Program-made: the position numbers and the translations under genes
Source: an uncultured Caulobacterales bacterium
GTDB taxonomy: Bacteria; Pseudomonadota; Alphaproteobacteria; Caulobacterales; Maricaulaceae
DNA: 64,000 nucleotides
Direction of reading: 5' to 3'
NCBI GenBank assembly: GCA_938001915.1
Contig: CALLBD010000006.1
Location: 7,963 to 71,962, forward strand
The notes under the pieces: generated by a model
Seen by the model: only the letters and a program-made list of their open reading frames with translations
Told to the model about the DNA's origin: nothing
Database searches by the model: none
Shown here: piece after piece, positions 50,388-59,653 of the stretch
Numbering within the stretch: position 1 is the first letter of the stretch
How the letters are laid out: each line of letters opens with the position of its first letter

Positions 50388-50464
50388 CGTCACCCTCGGG
50401 CACCGGCCCGAGGGTCCATTATGCTATTCAAAGATGGATCCTCGGTTCAAGACCGAGGATGACG
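50388..50464. repeat. alphaproteobacterial REP/RPE-like palindromic element
   Basis: GTCA-CCCTCGGG..CCCGAGGG-TCCA...TGGA-TCCTCGGT..ACCGAGGA-TGAC: two inverted hairpins inside a larger inverted repeat. Confidence 0.75.
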
Positions 50465-50593
50465 GATAGGAGATTGACGGTGGTATGAGTGAAGTGAGGC
50501 GCCATCCTCATTTCAACCCGCCCATATCCCCCATGAAACCGCCATTTCAAAAAACATACTCCTCACTTTCAAAAATCGTGTCATATTTAAATA

Positions 50594-51012
50594 GTTCCGC
50601 TGGACATGGACAGGTTAGCGCTTTCTGACTGGTCTGGGGGACGATGGGCCTGAGCGTCTGGGATTTAGTCCCCAGAGTGTGCCGGGGCTTTTACATCGAG
50701 AGGCGACCGTTTTGTCTTAACCGGGGCCGTCAGAACCGTCAAAAGATGGGGCCAGTTGGATGTGGTAGGAAACGCAGCTGATTGGCACGGGAGAAACTCC
50801 TTACCAGAGTTTAGCCTGTTGTGGCGTGCATGACCGGAAGGCATGACTGCGGGACCCCCGCCCGGTGTATCTACAACCATCGCTGCGCGGCGTCTGCTTC
50901 GTAAACACACTAATATATATTTGGCAGCCATCGAGGTTGCCGCCGCGCGGGCAGTCCTAAATGCCTAAGAGTTTCGAAGACTGGCGGCCCGAGTTGAAAA
51001 CAGGTTTTCAAC
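50594..51012 (+). ncRNA. candidate large structured non-coding RNA (~400 nt), family not recognised
   Basis: No credible ORF; GC-rich relative to flanks; more than 10 helices by eye with G-U pairs on the + strand; 5'/3' closing stem. Confidence 0.65.
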
Positions 51013-51141
51013 GGAGGTTGTGAGCGATGACGCTTGGGTAAATGAATTTCAAGCAGTGGGAATAATTATATAAGTACTATTGATTGCTCTGAGCTTTCAA
51101 TCATTTAGAAGTGTTTTGAATATGAGGTTGGTAGGAAAAAA

Positions 51142-51723
51142 GTGAATCCTGACGAAAACAAAAACTTAGAGACTGAAATTCGAGATCAGCAAGAAATAGC
51201 TTTACGCGCTCTTGGTTTATATGTCGTGTGGTGCATTGCACATAATTACGATGAACGAAAAAGATATGTCACCTGGATTGATAACAATAAATTCGAGGGT
51301 CTATTCTCAAAAGATGAAGTTGCATTTATGGCTGCCGATCCTGCCCCAATGCAACAGATTATAAACATTAGCTGGCATTGCGAACGTTTAATAATTTTAC
51401 TTTGGTGTCTGGGTTTAATCGACGGCCTGCCTGCAGCAGACACTCAATGTGAAACGAGTATATTTTTAGAATTAATTCCGCCTTTGAATGAAAACTTCAT
51501 TGTTGATTTTTTATCAAAGGTTGAGCTTCGATCTGAAGAAGATTTATGGGCATTAGAGGAAACTATCACACAGCAGCACTGGAAACTTCGGAACGCGAAA
51601 ATTAAGAATCAAACCATCGATGAACCTATCGACATTGAAATAGTGCAAGAGCGACATCATGCAATCAACTGGGTACTAAGGTATTGTAGGCTTGGTTGGG
51701 ATGACATGGTTTGTGACACATAG
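51142..51723 (+). CDS. DUF4272 domain protein (AT-rich)
   Basis: SWHCE...LLWCLG and C-terminal IVQERHHAINW....WDD...DT. Confidence 0.78.
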   Translation: MNPDENKNLETEIRDQQEIALRALGLYVVWCIAHNYDERKRYVTWIDNNKFEGLFSKDEVAFMAADPAPMQQIINISWHCERLIILLWCLGLIDGLPAADTQCETSIFLELIPPLNENFIVDFLSKVELRSEEDLWALEETITQQHWKLRNAKIKNQTIDEPIDIEIVQERHHAINWVLRYCRLGWDDMVCDT

Positions 51724-51771
51724 TGATTGGCCCAACTCTCCGAATAAAGACCATCAATGAATCGCAAACCT

Positions 51772-51840
51772 CTAACCCGCCAAACGTTCCTTCAACATCT
51801 CCAGTAACGCGGTATTCGTCACCAAAGGATCGCCGTCATA
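51772..51840 (-). pseudogene. diverged duplicate of the last 23 codons of suhB
   Basis: YDGDPLVTNTALLEMLKERLAG* vs suhB YDGDPLVTNAALLPMLKERLQG*; 53/69 nt identical by manual alignment. Confidence 0.88.
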
Positions 51841-51965
51841 GGCTGAGCCCCGTGTCTGAAAAGCCGCGTGCCGCGTGTGAGGAATTCATTAGACATGGGT
51901 GGAATAAGGCCTAGTTTAGGTTGCACACATAGAGTTACGCTCAAACGCAATGGGGATGTTCAGTC

Positions 51966-54323
51966 GTGATGCGATATTTACATTATTTTATAATCGGCTT
52001 TACGTTTATGCTGAGCGCTTGCGGCGGCGGGGGCGGCGGCGGAAGCACGGTAACATCGAACCCGCCACCTAACGTTCCCCCACCTGTGCAAACGGGAACA
52101 ATTGATGTCAGTCAATCCACCGTGAATTTTTCAGTGTCGTTGTTTGATGAGATCCCTTCACCTCAGGCCCTACGCGTGGATTTTGATGCCCCCCAAGTTA
52201 CGGCAGGGACACTGCCCGGTGAAAGATTGCCGTCCTGGCTGGATGTTGTTCTCACGCAAACAGGCGATACGGTTGGCCAATTAACTTTCGAGATTTTAGA
52301 TACAAGTCTTGATCCTGGGACATATGACACTACCATCCGCTTGGTCTCGTCCAACGAGGCTGGGACGAATATCCTAGATACCGTCGATATTCCCGTGACC
52401 TATACGGTGAATCCTATCACGCTGCTGGAAACAAATGTATCACAACTCACCGTCGAGCTGGCGCCCATCCAACAACCTGTGATTAGCACAATTACGCTGC
52501 TCGGGGAGGGCGTTATGTGGGATACGCTGAATTTTGATCCGAATATCCTAACTGTCTCTCCCACATCAGGCACGATTCCAGCGGGTGGTCAGGAGGTGGA
52601 GATTACCATCACGCCTGACCCGCGCGCATTCGTCACTACAACGGGATTTGGCATTACCTTCTTTGAGCAGGGCAGAGAACGTAATGAAGCCTTCTTAGAT
52701 ATTGATGTAATACTCGTTGATGGTCTTCTGACAGACCCGCTTGAAGTGTCTCTGACGGCGACAGAAGGCAGTGTCGATACCCAAAGCCAAACCGTGACCC
52801 TAGATCGTTTTGAACGCGGAGCGGCTGAACCTCTGAATTGGTTGGCCAGCTCTGATCAATCATGGCTAACTATCTCTCCGACCAGTGGGAGCATCCCAGC
52901 AAATGCGAGTGATAATAATTTGCCCGCCATCGCGGTGAGTGCCGATCCTACGGGTTTGCCGCCGGGCATTTTGACAGGGGTGGTTACCTTTACCAATGAT
53001 TTAACAAACCAAATTTTCGAGCTGCCCGTCAATTTGGTTGTTAGTCAACGCAATATGAAATCAAGCCGAAGAGGTGTGGCATTCTCTTCTCTCTCAAGCC
53101 TTCAACAATCTATTAGTCTCACAGATAATATTGGTGATGATGTGCCGTGGGAGGCGACGAGTGACGCTGATTGGCTTATCGTAACGCCGAGCGGCGCGGC
53201 AGGGGACGCCTTGCTGCTGACGGCTGACCCCATCAGCCTTGCAAATAATAGCCTATTTGAAGCGCGTGTCACGGTAACCTCACCGCTCACTGATATTGCT
53301 AATGAGGTCGTTATCAATGTTGGATTATGGAACAGTGATGAGGCCCCAGAAAATATTACGATCAACCAAGCTGAGGGCGTATTCGGCTTTGAGGATGTTG
53401 TTATTGCCGACCCCATTCGACCCTATGTTTATACATTGGGTTTTGGAGATTTTTCTCAAAGTTCGGATGTGGATTCAACGTTGACAGCGTTCAATGTCTA
53501 TACGGGCGAAGTTGTCGGTGGCCCCGTGACAACACGCATTAGGGGCGCCTCTGAAATCGTAATTTCAGATGATGGATCCTCTTTGTTTGTTATCCCCACC
53601 TCGAACAATGGATCTGACAGACAGTTTGAACGCTTTGATTTAGCTGATTTAACCTCGTTAGCGCTATTTGATATTCCCGCGAACCTCCCATCAGGTGGAT
53701 CTGAATTTATTCGGGTAAACGCTATTCCCTATATTATAACCGCGACGGGGGGTGTGATTGACCCAGAAACGGGTGAGATTTTGTCTAATTTGAGTCAAAT
53801 TGATGGGTCTAACTTGGTGGCCAGTCAAAGCAATGTCGCCTGCCTTCGGAACTTCGCGATACCATCGTCCCGTGTTGATTGTTTTGACTTTCTTGGAACG
53901 GGAATCGCTGGAATGGAGATTGCCGCGAGCCGTAGGAATATTGTACCCATATCTGGAGATACGCCCATTCAAGGCATTTCACCCGATGGTTCTGTGATTT
54001 ATATCAATCAGCAAGCTATGATTTCAGCTCTCGCAACAGATGATAGTCAAACTGAATTACTTTCGCTTGGGATGGATATTGAAAACACATTCGTCGGTGC
54101 ATCAGGCTTGATAGGGGGCATTGGGCTAGATGAGGACTTCATTAGCGGAATTGTGAGTGTCTTTGATGCTGATGGAACATTTATTGGCCAGACCACCATT
54201 ATTGACGGCTTGTTCTCGACGGCGATCTTTTCTGGCGATGAAAACCGCCTTATCGTAATCACCGAGTCTTTTGACGGTGAGGGGAGTGGCCAAACATTGG
54301 AATTTATTGACGCACCCGAATAG
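51966..54323 (+). CDS. acidic surface lipoprotein with BACON/Ig-like repeats and probable C-terminal beta-propeller
   Basis: LSAC-G7 lipobox; W.A.SD..WL...P.SG repeats; ISDDGS/ISPDGS blades. Confidence 0.8.
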   Translation: MMRYLHYFIIGFTFMLSACGGGGGGGSTVTSNPPPNVPPPVQTGTIDVSQSTVNFSVSLFDEIPSPQALRVDFDAPQVTAGTLPGERLPSWLDVVLTQTGDTVGQLTFEILDTSLDPGTYDTTIRLVSSNEAGTNILDTVDIPVTYTVNPITLLETNVSQLTVELAPIQQPVISTITLLGEGVMWDTLNFDPNILTVSPTSGTIPAGGQEVEITITPDPRAFVTTTGFGITFFEQGRERNEAFLDIDVILVDGLLTDPLEVSLTATEGSVDTQSQTVTLDRFERGAAEPLNWLASSDQSWLTISPTSGSIPANASDNNLPAIAVSADPTGLPPGILTGVVTFTNDLTNQIFELPVNLVVSQRNMKSSRRGVAFSSLSSLQQSISLTDNIGDDVPWEATSDADWLIVTPSGAAGDALLLTADPISLANNSLFEARVTVTSPLTDIANEVVINVGLWNSDEAPENITINQAEGVFGFEDVVIADPIRPYVYTLGFGDFSQSSDVDSTLTAFNVYTGEVVGGPVTTRIRGASEIVISDDGSSLFVIPTSNNGSDRQFERFDLADLTSLALFDIPANLPSGGSEFIRVNAIPYIITATGGVIDPETGEILSNLSQIDGSNLVASQSNVACLRNFAIPSSRVDCFDFLGTGIAGMEIAASRRNIVPISGDTPIQGISPDGSVIYINQQAMISALATDDSQTELLSLGMDIENTFVGASGLIGGIGLDEDFISGIVSVFDADGTFIGQTTIIDGLFSTAIFSGDENRLIVITESFDGEGSGQTLEFIDAPE

Positions 54324-54340
54324 AGCGAGATCTGTCTCGA

Positions 54341-55162
54341 TTAACCTTGTAGACGTTCCTTGAGCATCGGCAGCAGCGCGGCATTCGTGACCAAAGGGTC
54401 GCCATCATATGTCGGGTCGCCGCCGGAGAGGCTTTCGACCGCGCAGCCGGCTTCTTGGCAAATCAGGATACCCGCAGCGACATCCCACGGCGCAAGCTCG
54501 CGTTCCCAGAACCCATCATAGCGGCCCGCAGCGGTCCAGACGAGATCAAGGCTTGCCGCGCCCATACGGCGCACGCCCGCAGAAGATCCCATAACCTTAT
54601 GCAATTCTTTGAGGAAGCGCGCATGACCCGGACGGCCCAGAAAAGGAATACCCGTTGCGAAAAGGCTGTCTTGGAAAATATCGCGGCGCGCAGGACGCAG
54701 GCGGCGATCCGCTCCGCCGCGTGTGCCGTCATTGACAAAAGCGCCTTTGCCCTTCTCGGCCATGAACATTTCATCCGTAATCGGATTATAGACCATGCCC
54801 GCTACAATCTCGCGCGGATTGCCATCAATCTCGCGCTCAAGCGCAATGGAGATGGCGAAATGCGGAATGCCGTGAAGGAAATTGGTTGTCCCGTCGAGCG
54901 GGTCGACAATAAAGCGATGGGTCTTGTCAGAGCCTTCAATCTCGCCGCCTTCTTCGAGGAGGAAGCCATAACCCGGCCGCGCTTCGGAGAGCATTTCGAC
55001 AATGGTCTCCTCGGCCATTTTATCAGCGCGGGAGACGAAATCGGCTGGGCCTTTACGGGCGACTTGTAAATGTTCGACTTCGTTGAAATCGCGCAGCAAG
55101 CGACGGGACGCCTTGCGCGCCGCCGTTTGCATCACCGTCATTATAGCTGACATTCCGCTCAT
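54341..55162 (-). CDS. suhB: inositol monophosphatase family protein
   Basis: DPLDGTTNF, WDVAAG, KGPADFVSRAD. Confidence 0.93.
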   Translation of the reverse strand: MSGMSAIMTVMQTAARKASRRLLRDFNEVEHLQVARKGPADFVSRADKMAEETIVEMLSEARPGYGFLLEEGGEIEGSDKTHRFIVDPLDGTTNFLHGIPHFAISIALEREIDGNPREIVAGMVYNPITDEMFMAEKGKGAFVNDGTRGGADRRLRPARRDIFQDSLFATGIPFLGRPGHARFLKELHKVMGSSAGVRRMGAASLDLVWTAAGRYDGFWERELAPWDVAAGILICQEAGCAVESLSGGDPTYDGDPLVTNAALLPMLKERLQG

Positions 55163-55326
55163 GATTTTTTCCGTCCAAATATAAGGGTCATTAGTAAACC
55201 CCATACACAAGCTTGTACGATATAATTCCGTAAAGACATGACGTCGGAGAAGAAATAATCGAAAGCAAAAATGAAGAACCCGTAGAGAACACTAAGGCTC
55301 AAAAAATATTTAAAAAACCGACCCAA
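55159..55326 (-). CDS. 55-aa two-TM membrane protein between efp and suhB (not in ORF track)
   Basis: TTG directly after the efp stop, open to a TGA overlapping the suhB ATG; MGRFFKYFLSLSVLYGFFIFAFDYFFSDVMSLRNYIVQACVWGLLMTLIFGRKKS. Confidence 0.7.
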   Translation of the reverse strand: MGRFFKYFLSLSVLYGFFIFAFDYFFSDVMSLRNYIVQACVWGLLMTLIFGRKKS

Positions 55327-55890
55327 TTAATCTGCGCGCTTCACGTAAGAACCATCCGCCGTATTGATAATCAGGCGCTCGCCGACACCGACAAAAGGGG
55401 GCACAGTTGTTCGTGCGCCATTGGATAATGTCGCGGGTTTATAAGAGTTGGCCGCTGTTTGGCCTTTGACCACAGGTTCCGTGTCTTGGACTTCCAACAC
55501 GACTTGTTCGGGCAGGGAAACTGTGATGGCGCGCTCTTCATAGAACTCGACTTCGACTTCCATACCGTCAGTGAGATATTGCGCTTGGTCGCCAACGAAT
55601 TCGGATTGCAGCATAATCTGCTCATAATTCTCGGCGTTCATAAAGACGAGCATATCGCCTTCTGGATAAAGATAGGTATGCGTCTTTTGGTCAAGGCGCA
55701 CGCGCTCTACGGTTTCAGCGGCGCGGAAACGCTCATTGAGTTTACGCCCATCGAGAAGGTTCTTGAGCTCGACCTGATTAAAGGCGCCGCCCTTGCCGGG
55801 CTTTACCGCATTACATTTCACCGCAACCCAGAGCGTGTCTTGGTGCTTGATGATATTGCCGGGTTTAATTTCATTGCCGTTCATCTTCAT
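55327..55890 (-). CDS. efp: elongation factor P
   Basis: [27 protein letters not shown]. Confidence 0.97.
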   Translation of the reverse strand: MKMNGNEIKPGNIIKHQDTLWVAVKCNAVKPGKGGAFNQVELKNLLDGRKLNERFRAAETVERVRLDQKTHTYLYPEGDMLVFMNAENYEQIMLQSEFVGDQAQYLTDGMEVEVEFYEERAITVSLPEQVVLEVQDTEPVVKGQTAANSYKPATLSNGARTTVPPFVGVGERLIINTADGSYVKRAD

Positions 55891-56020
55891 GGTGGCGGTT
55901 CCTTAAATTGGGACGTCAATATAATAAGACGAGCGGCCCATAACAGCGCGAAGCCACGTGAGCAAGCCGCAGCGCGCAGCCGCGGTAGCCAAGGCGATGT
56001 TTAAATGGCTGAGTTCAGCT

Positions 56021-59000
56021 TTATTCTGCGGAGGCTAACTTTGTATTTATGGACCGAATATTGTCATCATATTTCCGCTCAATCAGCAAGGCTCTTGGGT
56101 CGAAGACAATATAGCCTGGCTTTTCGTCCATCTCGAAACTCACGTCCGTCTTAGCATCAGTAAGGCGAAGACGTTTGATTAAAATAGGAGTCTCTTCCCA
56201 GCTATTGCTTGGGTCTTCTTTGTAAAACCCGACTTCAACAAACTCGTCCAAATTTTCGGCATCCGTTTCTTCGCCTGTGTCTGGGTCGGCATATTTTTTC
56301 GCCAAATTAAGGGTCGCTGTGACCGTATATTTCCCTGAACTTTGAGAAGTTAGTTTGATGTCATCGCCAAAGCTTGATTCCCAAAGCGTAATTTCATCCC
56401 AGCTATCTGTAATGAATTGCTGCAGCTCTTCGGGGGCGGCGTCTCTAAGGGCGTCAATCAATTCAACTGTCGTCGGAAAGGGGGCGCCTTTGGAGCCATA
56501 GTCTTCAATAAAACCTTTGAGCGCTAAATTCATCTCTCCCGGTTCCATGAGGTGACGCAGCCCCCAGAACACCATGCTGGCTTTGCTGTAGAATATATAT
56601 TGCTGTTCTTCAGAAAGCGCCAAAGGCGGCTCCGGGTTCTTATCCGAAGCCCGGCCGGATAAATAGTCTCGGCCACGGATTTCGCGCATACGCCGCGTCA
56701 TGGGGTAGCCTTTTATTTTTTCATAGGCTGTCATTGTCGCATTCTCAGTTAAGCCTTCTGACAGCACGTTAAAGCCTTTCGTGTCTGCAGGGACGATTTG
56801 GTGCGCAAACCATTGATGGCCAAGTTCATGGGCGGTCACATAGGTCATGAAGTCGACTTTATCTTCGCCTTCTTCAATATCCCTGATGAACCCGAGATTT
56901 TCTGAAAAGGGAATTGTCCCCGCGAAAGCTTGGGCAAAGCCGACATAGGGCACTTCCATAATTCTGGCTTGCGCATATTGGTAAGGCCCAAAAGTCTCAG
57001 TAAAGACATCCATAGAGGTTTGCATGGCCGTCATCATACTATCAATATTGAAAGGATGATCATCATGATAGTATATGGTCAGCTTTACATCGTCCCCGTT
57101 CGGATTTTCCCATATATCTGTCTTGGTTTCAAAAGGTGCAGAGACAAAGGAAAAGAAATTAAGGATAGGATTAATCGCTTCATATTCGCGGCAAAACCGT
57201 CCATCTTCTGGCATTGTCTCGCGAATGAACTTCCCTGGGGCAATGGGTATTTGCCCTGCATCCGTACAGAAGTTAGCCTTAAAATCGACAAAGTCAGAAC
57301 TGGCTGAAATAAAATGCCTGTTCCGCGCGTCCTTATCCGTTCTGTCGGGGCGTTTTTCACGTAATCCGAGATTATATTTGCGACGTTTGTCTGGGTTTCG
57401 CATTTCTACATATTGAATGCCCAATTGCGGCAGTCTTGAATGGTTCAAGAAATTTGCTTTTTTATTTATTGGACTACCGTCCCCAAATTTGGGTGGATGG
57501 TAATATACGTCAAAGTCTAATGTTGTTGTCCCGCCAGGCGGTAATGCTGGCTCAAAACGATAAAGCCGCATGGAGAGCTCTAGCTCCTTAGCTTTCTTCA
57601 GAAGCTCTGTGTCCTCGATGCGTTTAGCCCCTGCTAACGCCATTAGGTGAATGTCCTCATCATGCGAAATGGGCATGTCTATCCAGAGGTCGGTGAGAGG
57701 TTTGCCGAGGGTGTTTTCAATGACATATTGTCCCTTAAACCTTGCATCTTGCCGCGAGGGATAAATATTCACGTCAACATTTACAGAGCGTATTTTGGGT
57801 AAGGGCGTTTTTGAAAGCGCTTTGAACGTCTTTTCAATTTCCACCAAACGCTTCTCGGCCTTCTTGTCAGTGTAAAATGTATTTTCGATGTTTGTGACCC
57901 GGAAAATATTGGCACCCATACCGAGGAAGGCGATGACTGAAACTGTGGCAAGGAGCGCTGAAGGCCAGCGGATTTGTTTGCTAATTCCGCTAAGGCGTTT
58001 CGGTAATTTCACTTCAGTTCCGCGGCGCCAGAGCCAAAAGCTTAGCGTTGCCATGATGCCAGCAAACCCCAACCAATAGATAAGGAAACGCCACATGGAA
58101 ATAATCCCGCCAGTGCGGTAGCCATTCATTTCAGAGAAACTTCCGGGTGAAACGTTACCAAAGCTCATGAGGGAATGGTAAAAAGGGAGCTTAGGCATGC
58201 CAAAAAGAACAGCCCATAATGCACCCCCGCCGACAATCATGCCGACAATTCGGTTTGGCATGAAGTTCTGAATAAACATGATGAGTATCGCCCAAAATGT
58301 GAGCGTCATCCCCATCTCTAAATAAAATCGTCCGCTCATAGCTATCGGTTTAACTTGCCCAACACCAAATATGGCTTGGGTGCCTAGGGCCAAGATAAGC
58401 ATCAACCCTAGCACGGTGTAGATTGTTGCGATTACGGCGAGCCATTTCCCTGCTAGCAAAATCCAATTTGATACGGGCGTGCTATCGACCAATTCCGTTA
58501 TTTTTGATGTTTGTTCGCGCCAGATTATATCGCCGCCAAAGAATATCATCATAAACAGCAGAAAGAGGTTAAAGCTTCCCTGTGTCAAAAACATGATTTG
58601 CCCACTCGTGAGCAGGAGAGGTTGAGGGTTTAATTGCCCGCGAATAAGGAAAATTAGGGTGAAAAATGACAGCGCCAGAAGTAATAGAATCGCAAATGGA
58701 ATGCTTCGAACCGTCGTGAAATATTCATGCTTAAACCGAACCCAAAGGCGGGACCCGATGGCCCCATTTGGTAAGGCTGGTGTGACATGTGGAATTTTGG
58801 GAAGGCTATCCCCCAAGACAAGCGGCGTTGAGGTCGGCGTCTTTGTTTTCCTGTTAACAATGCCGCGCGTGAATTTTCTCTTCGCATAGAAAAGTCCGAG
58901 GCAAGATACACCTACCCATAAAAGACGATTCCACAAAACATCCCCGCTCAGAGGGATAAGGCGTGTGTTTTGTTCAACGGGAGGCCAAAACCGTGTTTCA

Positions 59001-59653
59001 TTGTCTAGCGCTTGTCCGCCGGTAGGGTCGAGCATAGCGGCGAGCGATCGATATTCATCAATGCCTCCGAGGGCGGCAACAATGGTAATTATGACGAAAA
59101 AGCCAACGGCACTTATATAAACAAGCGTTCTATTGCGGGTCATACCCGCAATCAAAATATAGAGCGTGGAGATAATAAAACTGTTCAATAGTCCGTATAA
59201 AATGAGGGGATATAGGAAATATATTGGATTAATTGGGCCAAGCGATTCTTTGTCCACCCAGGGCATAAATTGACCGACAAAAGCGCCCAATAGCAGGCCC
59301 AAAACACAGAGGAAAACGGTTAGAATAATACCCAATAGACGAGACCAAATCATATCCGAAGTCTCGACTTTTGTGGCATGTATTATTTCTAAGGACTTGT
59401 GGATATCGTCTCGCATTGCGCCAGTGACGGTAAAAACGGTTCCAAAAAAGATAATACCTAACGACACCCCGCCGATAATGCTTGCAACCGTTAAAGAGCC
59501 ATTGGCCTTAATTCGTTCACCCACTTCTCCCGCGGTAAAACTGTCCGTCGACATTGATAAGAGGCCCAAGAGGAACATGGCGGCGAATGATATCCAAAAG
59601 CCGACTTGACGCGTTTGGTAGGAGAGTTCAAATTTTGTGAGAGACTTTAACAT
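56021..59653 (-). CDS. ABC-2 permease / M1 aminopeptidase fusion
   Basis: Many TM helices in the N-half; HELGH-x18-E zinc motif (AHELGHQWF...LSEGL). Confidence 0.9.
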   Translation of the reverse strand: MLKSLTKFELSYQTRQVGFWISFAAMFLLGLLSMSTDSFTAGEVGERIKANGSLTVASIIGGVSLGIIFFGTVFTVTGAMRDDIHKSLEIIHATKVETSDMIWSRLLGIILTVFLCVLGLLLGAFVGQFMPWVDKESLGPINPIYFLYPLILYGLLNSFIISTLYILIAGMTRNRTLVYISAVGFFVIITIVAALGGIDEYRSLAAMLDPTGGQALDNETRFWPPVEQNTRLIPLSGDVLWNRLLWVGVSCLGLFYAKRKFTRGIVNRKTKTPTSTPLVLGDSLPKIPHVTPALPNGAIGSRLWVRFKHEYFTTVRSIPFAILLLLALSFFTLIFLIRGQLNPQPLLLTSGQIMFLTQGSFNLFLLFMMIFFGGDIIWREQTSKITELVDSTPVSNWILLAGKWLAVIATIYTVLGLMLILALGTQAIFGVGQVKPIAMSGRFYLEMGMTLTFWAILIMFIQNFMPNRIVGMIVGGGALWAVLFGMPKLPFYHSLMSFGNVSPGSFSEMNGYRTGGIISMWRFLIYWLGFAGIMATLSFWLWRRGTEVKLPKRLSGISKQIRWPSALLATVSVIAFLGMGANIFRVTNIENTFYTDKKAEKRLVEIEKTFKALSKTPLPKIRSVNVDVNIYPSRQDARFKGQYVIENTLGKPLTDLWIDMPISHDEDIHLMALAGAKRIEDTELLKKAKELELSMRLYRFEPALPPGGTTTLDFDVYYHPPKFGDGSPINKKANFLNHSRLPQLGIQYVEMRNPDKRRKYNLGLREKRPDRTDKDARNRHFISASSDFVDFKANFCTDAGQIPIAPGKFIRETMPEDGRFCREYEAINPILNFFSFVSAPFETKTDIWENPNGDDVKLTIYYHDDHPFNIDSMMTAMQTSMDVFTETFGPYQYAQARIMEVPYVGFAQAFAGTIPFSENLGFIRDIEEGEDKVDFMTYVTAHELGHQWFAHQIVPADTKGFNVLSEGLTENATMTAYEKIKGYPMTRRMREIRGRDYLSGRASDKNPEPPLALSEEQQYIFYSKASMVFWGLRHLMEPGEMNLALKGFIEDYGSKGAPFPTTVELIDALRDAAPEELQQFITDSWDEITLWESSFGDDIKLTSQSSGKYTVTATLNLAKKYADPDTGEETDAENLDEFVEVGFYKEDPSNSWEETPILIKRLRLTDAKTDVSFEMDEKPGYIVFDPRALLIERKYDDNIRSINTKLASAE

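Noticed and set aside
50665-50931. 88-aa minus-strand ORF over the candidate RNA
   Set aside because: No RBS, no family resemblance, unusual composition; G-U pairing bias favours a + strand RNA
50594-51012. RNase P, tmRNA or group I/II intron as the identity of the structured region
   Set aside because: No GAGGAAAGTCC P4 motif, no tRNA-like T-arm/CCA or tag peptide, no group II domain V or group I core signature visible on either strand
51723-51914. 63-aa plus-strand ORF
   Set aside because: It is the antisense reading of the suhB tail remnant
55163-55326. suhB/MmgR RNA motif upstream of suhB
   Set aside because: No CCTCCC-loop hairpins; the gap is better explained by a small ORF
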